21,053 nucleotides of DNA from Spirochaetales bacterium (lineage in GTDB: Bacteria; Spirochaetota; Spirochaetia; JABEVK01). The stretch lies in NCBI GenBank assembly GCA_037142615.1, contig JBAXAI010000054.1:1-21053 (forward strand). Reading direction: 5' to 3'. The notes beneath the pieces are model-generated. The model was not told the origin of the DNA. It saw only the letters and a program-made list of their open reading frames with translations, and did no database searches. The stretch's first letter is position 1, and every line of letters begins with the position of its first letter. This document shows, piece after piece, positions 18,465 through 21,053 of this stretch. The translations under genes and the position numbers were made by a program.

Positions 18465-19279
18465 GACTGATCATCCGACCCGACTACGACCACGTTTCCG
18501 TGTGGGCCGCCAACTTTGTGGCGCGCCGCATTAACGAGTTCGCCCCCACCGCCGCCAAGCCGTTTGTGCTCGGTCTGCCCACCGGCTCCACCCCGCTGGG
18601 TGTCTACAAAGCCCTCATCGCGCTGGGCAAAGCCGGCAAAGTGAGCTTCGCCCACGTCGTCACCTTCAACATGGACGAGTACGTCGGCCTCGCGCGCGAC
18701 CACGAGCAGAGCTACCACACCTTCATGTGGACCAATTTCTTCAGCAAAATCGACATCCGCCCCGAGAACGTGAACATTCTCAACGGCACGGCCGGAGCCA
18801 TGACCACCGCCGACCTCGAAGCCGAGTGCGCCGCCTACGAAGCCAAGATGAAGGCCGTCGGGGGCATCCACCTGTTTGTGGGCGGCATCGGCGCCGACGG
18901 GCACATCGCCTTCAACGAACCCGCCAGTTCGCTCACCAGCCGAACCCGCATCAAAACCCTCACCCTCGACACCAAGGTCGTCAACAGCCGCTTCTTCGGT
19001 GGCGACCCCGACAAAGTGCCCTCCACCGCGCTCACCGTGGGCGTGGGAACCATCATGGACGCCAAAGAGGTGCTCATCCTCGTCACCGGTCACAACAAAG
19101 CCCGAGCCCTGCACCACGCCATCGAACAAGGCGTCAACCACATGTGGACCGTCAGCTGCCTGCAGCTCCACCCCAAGGCCCTCATCGTGTGCGACGAAGA
19201 CGCCACCGACGAGCTAAAGGTGGGGACGGTGCGGTACTTCAGGGATATCGAGAGTCGGAACTTCGAGAACGGGTTGTAG
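18461..19279 (+). CDS. nagB: Glucosamine-6-phosphate deaminase
   Basis: 272 aa from ATG 18461 (ATGA overlap with nagA). [30 protein letters not shown] and ALTVGVGT motifs. Confidence 0.97.
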   Translation: MRLIIRPDYDHVSVWAANFVARRINEFAPTAAKPFVLGLPTGSTPLGVYKALIALGKAGKVSFAHVVTFNMDEYVGLARDHEQSYHTFMWTNFFSKIDIRPENVNILNGTAGAMTTADLEAECAAYEAKMKAVGGIHLFVGGIGADGHIAFNEPASSLTSRTRIKTLTLDTKVVNSRFFGGDPDKVPSTALTVGVGTIMDAKEVLILVTGHNKARALHHAIEQGVNHMWTVSCLQLHPKALIVCDEDATDELKVGTVRYFRDIESRNFENGL

Positions 19280-19287
19280 AGCCCAAA

Positions 19288-19335
19288 AAGGGGGGCGACC
19301 CCCTTGCTGTGGTACACGGTACCACAGCAACCCCC
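19288..19335. repeat. Hairpin cluster downstream of nagB
   Basis: AAGGGGG-GCGA-CCCCCTT (19288-19305) and a perfect 12 bp TTGCTGTGGTAC-ACG-GTACCACAGCAA (19304-19330). Confidence 0.7.
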
Positions 19336-19386
19336 GTACGGGCGCGGCCTTTGCGGGGCGGCCCGTAACGCCCGGCACGATGAACA

Positions 19387-19425
19387 GCGGTTGAAGTGGT
19401 AACCGCGCCGTTGTATATTCAACCC
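19387..19425 (+). promoter_or_regulatory. Promoter (likely leaderless) and operator of the PemK/MazF-type TA operon
   Basis: TTGAAG (19391-19396)-17-TATATT (19414-19419)-6 nt-ATG. GCGGTT/AACCGC inverted repeat (19387-19406) over the -35. No SD sequence. Confidence 0.6.
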
Positions 19426-19626
19426 ATGCTAATCACTGTACCGGGAATCCTTGAGAACGGTGTCATCAAAATGTCGGAAGTGCCGGAGGGGATTTCCTTC
19501 TCAAAAGTTCTCATCACCTTGCTGCCACAGGAAGAGTCGGAAGAGACTTGGGAGGCGATGAAGCTATCGGCCTCGGCCTTCGCCGAGTGGGACAACGAGG
19601 TCGATTCCGTCTATGACGACCTTTAA
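19426..19626 (+). CDS. Putative antitoxin of the PemK/MazF-type toxin
   Basis: 66 aa with an acidic C-terminus (AFAEWDNEVDSVYDDL). Overlaps the toxin start by 14 bp. Confidence 0.75.
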   Translation: MLITVPGILENGVIKMSEVPEGISFSKVLITLLPQEESEETWEAMKLSASAFAEWDNEVDSVYDDL

Positions 19627-19948
19627 GAAGTGGGACATTGTTTTGGTTCCGTTTCCCTTTACGGATCTGACGAGCACCAAGAAGAGGCCCGCGCTTGTTG
19701 TTTCGCCCGACGACTACAATGCTGGCAGCGATCTCGTCCTGGCGTTCCTGACCAGCAACGTGGGTGGCCCAAGGCAAATCGGTGATCTTGAACTAATCCA
19801 ATGGCGAGAATCGGGACTCCCTCTTCCCACTAAACTGAGGATGAAGTTTGCCACTGTGAGCCGGGCGATTGTTCTGAAAAAGCTCGGTGAGATCCACCAT
19901 TCGGACCGAACGGCGGTTTCAAGACGGCTCTTGCAGTTCTTTCAGTAG
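19613..19948 (+). CDS. PemK/MazF-family endoribonuclease toxin
   Basis: 111 aa. DIVLVPFPFTD..KKRPALVVS, LAFLTS and GLPLPT motifs. Confidence 0.92.
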   Translation: MTTFKKWDIVLVPFPFTDLTSTKKRPALVVSPDDYNAGSDLVLAFLTSNVGGPRQIGDLELIQWRESGLPLPTKLRMKFATVSRAIVLKKLGEIHHSDRTAVSRRLLQFFQ

Positions 19949-19950
19949 TT

Positions 19951-19998
19951 GCCCTCAACCACGCCATCGAGAGCCGCAACTTCGAGAACGGGATTTAG
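19951..19998 (+). pseudogene. Internally deleted second copy of the nagB 3' end
   Basis: 19951-19970 matches nagB 19106-19125 (18/20) and 19966-19998 matches nagB 19247-19279 (29/33). Reads [15 protein letters not shown]-stop. Confidence 0.85.
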
Positions 19999-20012
19999 GA
20001 ATAGGTTGCCAC

Positions 20013-20059
20013 GTAGTTTGCAGAGCAAACTACAGGCGTAAGGCCACCGGAAGGTGGCC
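20013..20059. repeat. Hairpin pair between the nagB remnant and the HEPN gene
   Basis: GTAGTTTGC-AGA-GCAAACTAC (20013-20033) and GGCCACC-GGAA-GGTGGCC (20042-20059). Confidence 0.7.
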
Positions 20060-20097
20060 GTCGCCACGCCCCGGGACGGCATTGGTCGGCGGGCGGA

Positions 20098-20478
20098 CTA
20101 ACGGCCGAGGTGCGTCAGAACGATTGTCCGAATCATCTCTGTGTCGGCCAAAGCCTTCGTTGCATCGGCTTCCTCCAGCAAAACGTGCGCGGGATACCGG
20201 ACAATCACCGAGAAGTCATTGAGATCCGTCGCCTGCATTTCTAAACTGGCAATAACCGAGTCGATCGGGATCGCAAGATCCAGCAGAACCAACAGGTCAT
20301 GAGTTTTGGGAATGTCGCAGTTGGAAGCGGCGAGCACGGCCTTAAGGTGTTTCTCCGCCGCTTGTTGGCAATGGAAACAAATGACCTCAACAGGTATCGG
20401 CCTCATCGCCAAGAGAAACTGGGCGCTCGAAAGGTCTTGGTTCGCCAGTGCCAGCCATTCGCCAACGGGGTCGATCAC
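20098..20478 (-). CDS. HEPN domain protein (HEPN/MNT pair)
   Basis: 126 aa. ICFHCQQAAEKHLKA, PKTHDL and RYP motifs. GTGA overlap with the MNT gene. Confidence 0.9.
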   Translation of the reverse strand: MIDPVGEWLALANQDLSSAQFLLAMRPIPVEVICFHCQQAAEKHLKAVLAASNCDIPKTHDLLVLLDLAIPIDSVIASLEMQATDLNDFSVIVRYPAHVLLEEADATKALADTEMIRTIVLTHLGR

Positions 20479-20792
20479 AAGGCAATGGCCTCACGTTTGA
20501 GATTCGTTTCGAAACTCGAAGAAGCGTCCAAATACGATTGCCACTCCACTGACGAGTAGGCCACAAAGTCTACCGCCCCACGATAGACGGTCAAAGCGGC
20601 GCGGCGCGCCTGGCGCAGAACCTCGATCTTCCGAAGCGGCAGCGTATCGAACACGAGGCAGTAATCCAGGTCGCTATTGCCATGGGGTGTCCCTCTGGCA
20701 ACGGAACCGAAGAGGAGAATCTGTGATGGATTGAGCGATGCCCTGACGGCAGTCGCCACCTGTCTAGCCAATGCACTCGTTGGAGTCGCCAT
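20475..20792 (-). CDS. Minimal nucleotidyltransferase (MNT)
   Basis: 105 aa from ATG 20792. LFGSVARG...SDLD (GS-x10-DxD) and VDFV motifs. Confidence 0.9.
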   Translation of the reverse strand: MATPTSALARQVATAVRASLNPSQILLFGSVARGTPHGNSDLDYCLVFDTLPLRKIEVLRQARRAALTVYRGAVDFVAYSSVEWQSYLDASSSFETNLKREAIAL

Positions 20793-20827
20793 GAATCCAT
20801 TGTAACGTAACCATCGGCCAACTTCAA
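20793..20827 (-). promoter_or_regulatory. Promoter (likely leaderless) of the MNT-HEPN operon
   Basis: On the minus strand, TTGAAG (20827-20822)-17-TACAAT (20804-20799)-6 nt-ATG. No SD sequence. Confidence 0.65.
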
Positions 20828-21001
20828 CGTTGGGAATGGTCACTCGACGATAGCCGCGAGGCGATTCTGGCCGTTATCGAGGCTTTGCGGCAGGATGCGG
20901 GGGCAACGGTTCTCAGCTAGACGCCACGATAAACCCACGTTATAATCGTGTATATGCTTGATATCGTTCGCAATTTAGCGAATCCTTTCCCTCCCTCCCT
21001 C

Positions 21002-21053
21002 TATGATGGACCCCGTTGTCAACACAAACTTTTGCCCTTCCTAAGCTTTTCTT
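21002..21053 (-). mobile_element. Probable right end (IRR) of a second IS3-family element
   Basis: Minus strand reads AAA GCT TAG ... TGTGTTGACAACGGGGTCCATCATA, similar to IS3-family right ends of the TGTCTTGAC...GGGTCCA...TA type as I recall them. Shares the GCTTAG and CCATCATA terminus with the left-edge element. Confidence 0.45.

Noticed and set aside
19247-19998. DGR template/variable repeat pair
   Set aside because: The mismatches are not adenine-specific, the repeat is short, and there is no reverse transcriptase.
19280-20100. CRISPR array or integron attC cassettes
   Set aside because: No regularly spaced direct repeats, no clear RYYYAAC...GTTRRRY paired arms that I could verify, and no cas or intI gene.
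20920-21001. TATAAT and short palindromes near the right edge
   Set aside because: No matching -35 or downstream gene visible in the window, so it cannot be assigned.

Overview
GC-rich bacterial DNA, probably from a spirochaete (inferred from the gene set, not proven). Both window edges look like IS3-family right ends, so this may be a whole contig broken at IS copies. (1) 1-2842 is the right end of a decayed genomic island: a putative serine-resolvase res site, an AbiEi/AbiEii-type (type IV) toxin-antitoxin pair with a long operator, a tyrosine-integrase remnant and the 3' half of tRNA-Ser(CGA) as att site. (2) 2909-19279 is core-like DNA: DUF475 and DedA genes; a secreted papain-family (C1A) protease overlapping a lipoprotein with a cystatin QVVAG motif; and a roughly 10.5 kb minus-strand run (GH94 phosphorylase, membrane adenylate cyclase, DUF1007-CobW-NicO metal module, HHxxxDG acyltransferase plus zinc-ribbon membrane protein, two tandem cyclophilin-FKBP fusions), divergent from nagA-nagB. 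(3) 19280-21053 is accessory: a PemK/MazF-type TA pair between the nagB 3' end and a diverged, internally deleted second copy of that end, then a HEPN/MNT pair. The best candidates for something new are the protease-cystatin operon and the nagB 3'-end duplication flanking a TA cassette. All family assignments come from motif recognition by eye; no database searches were run.
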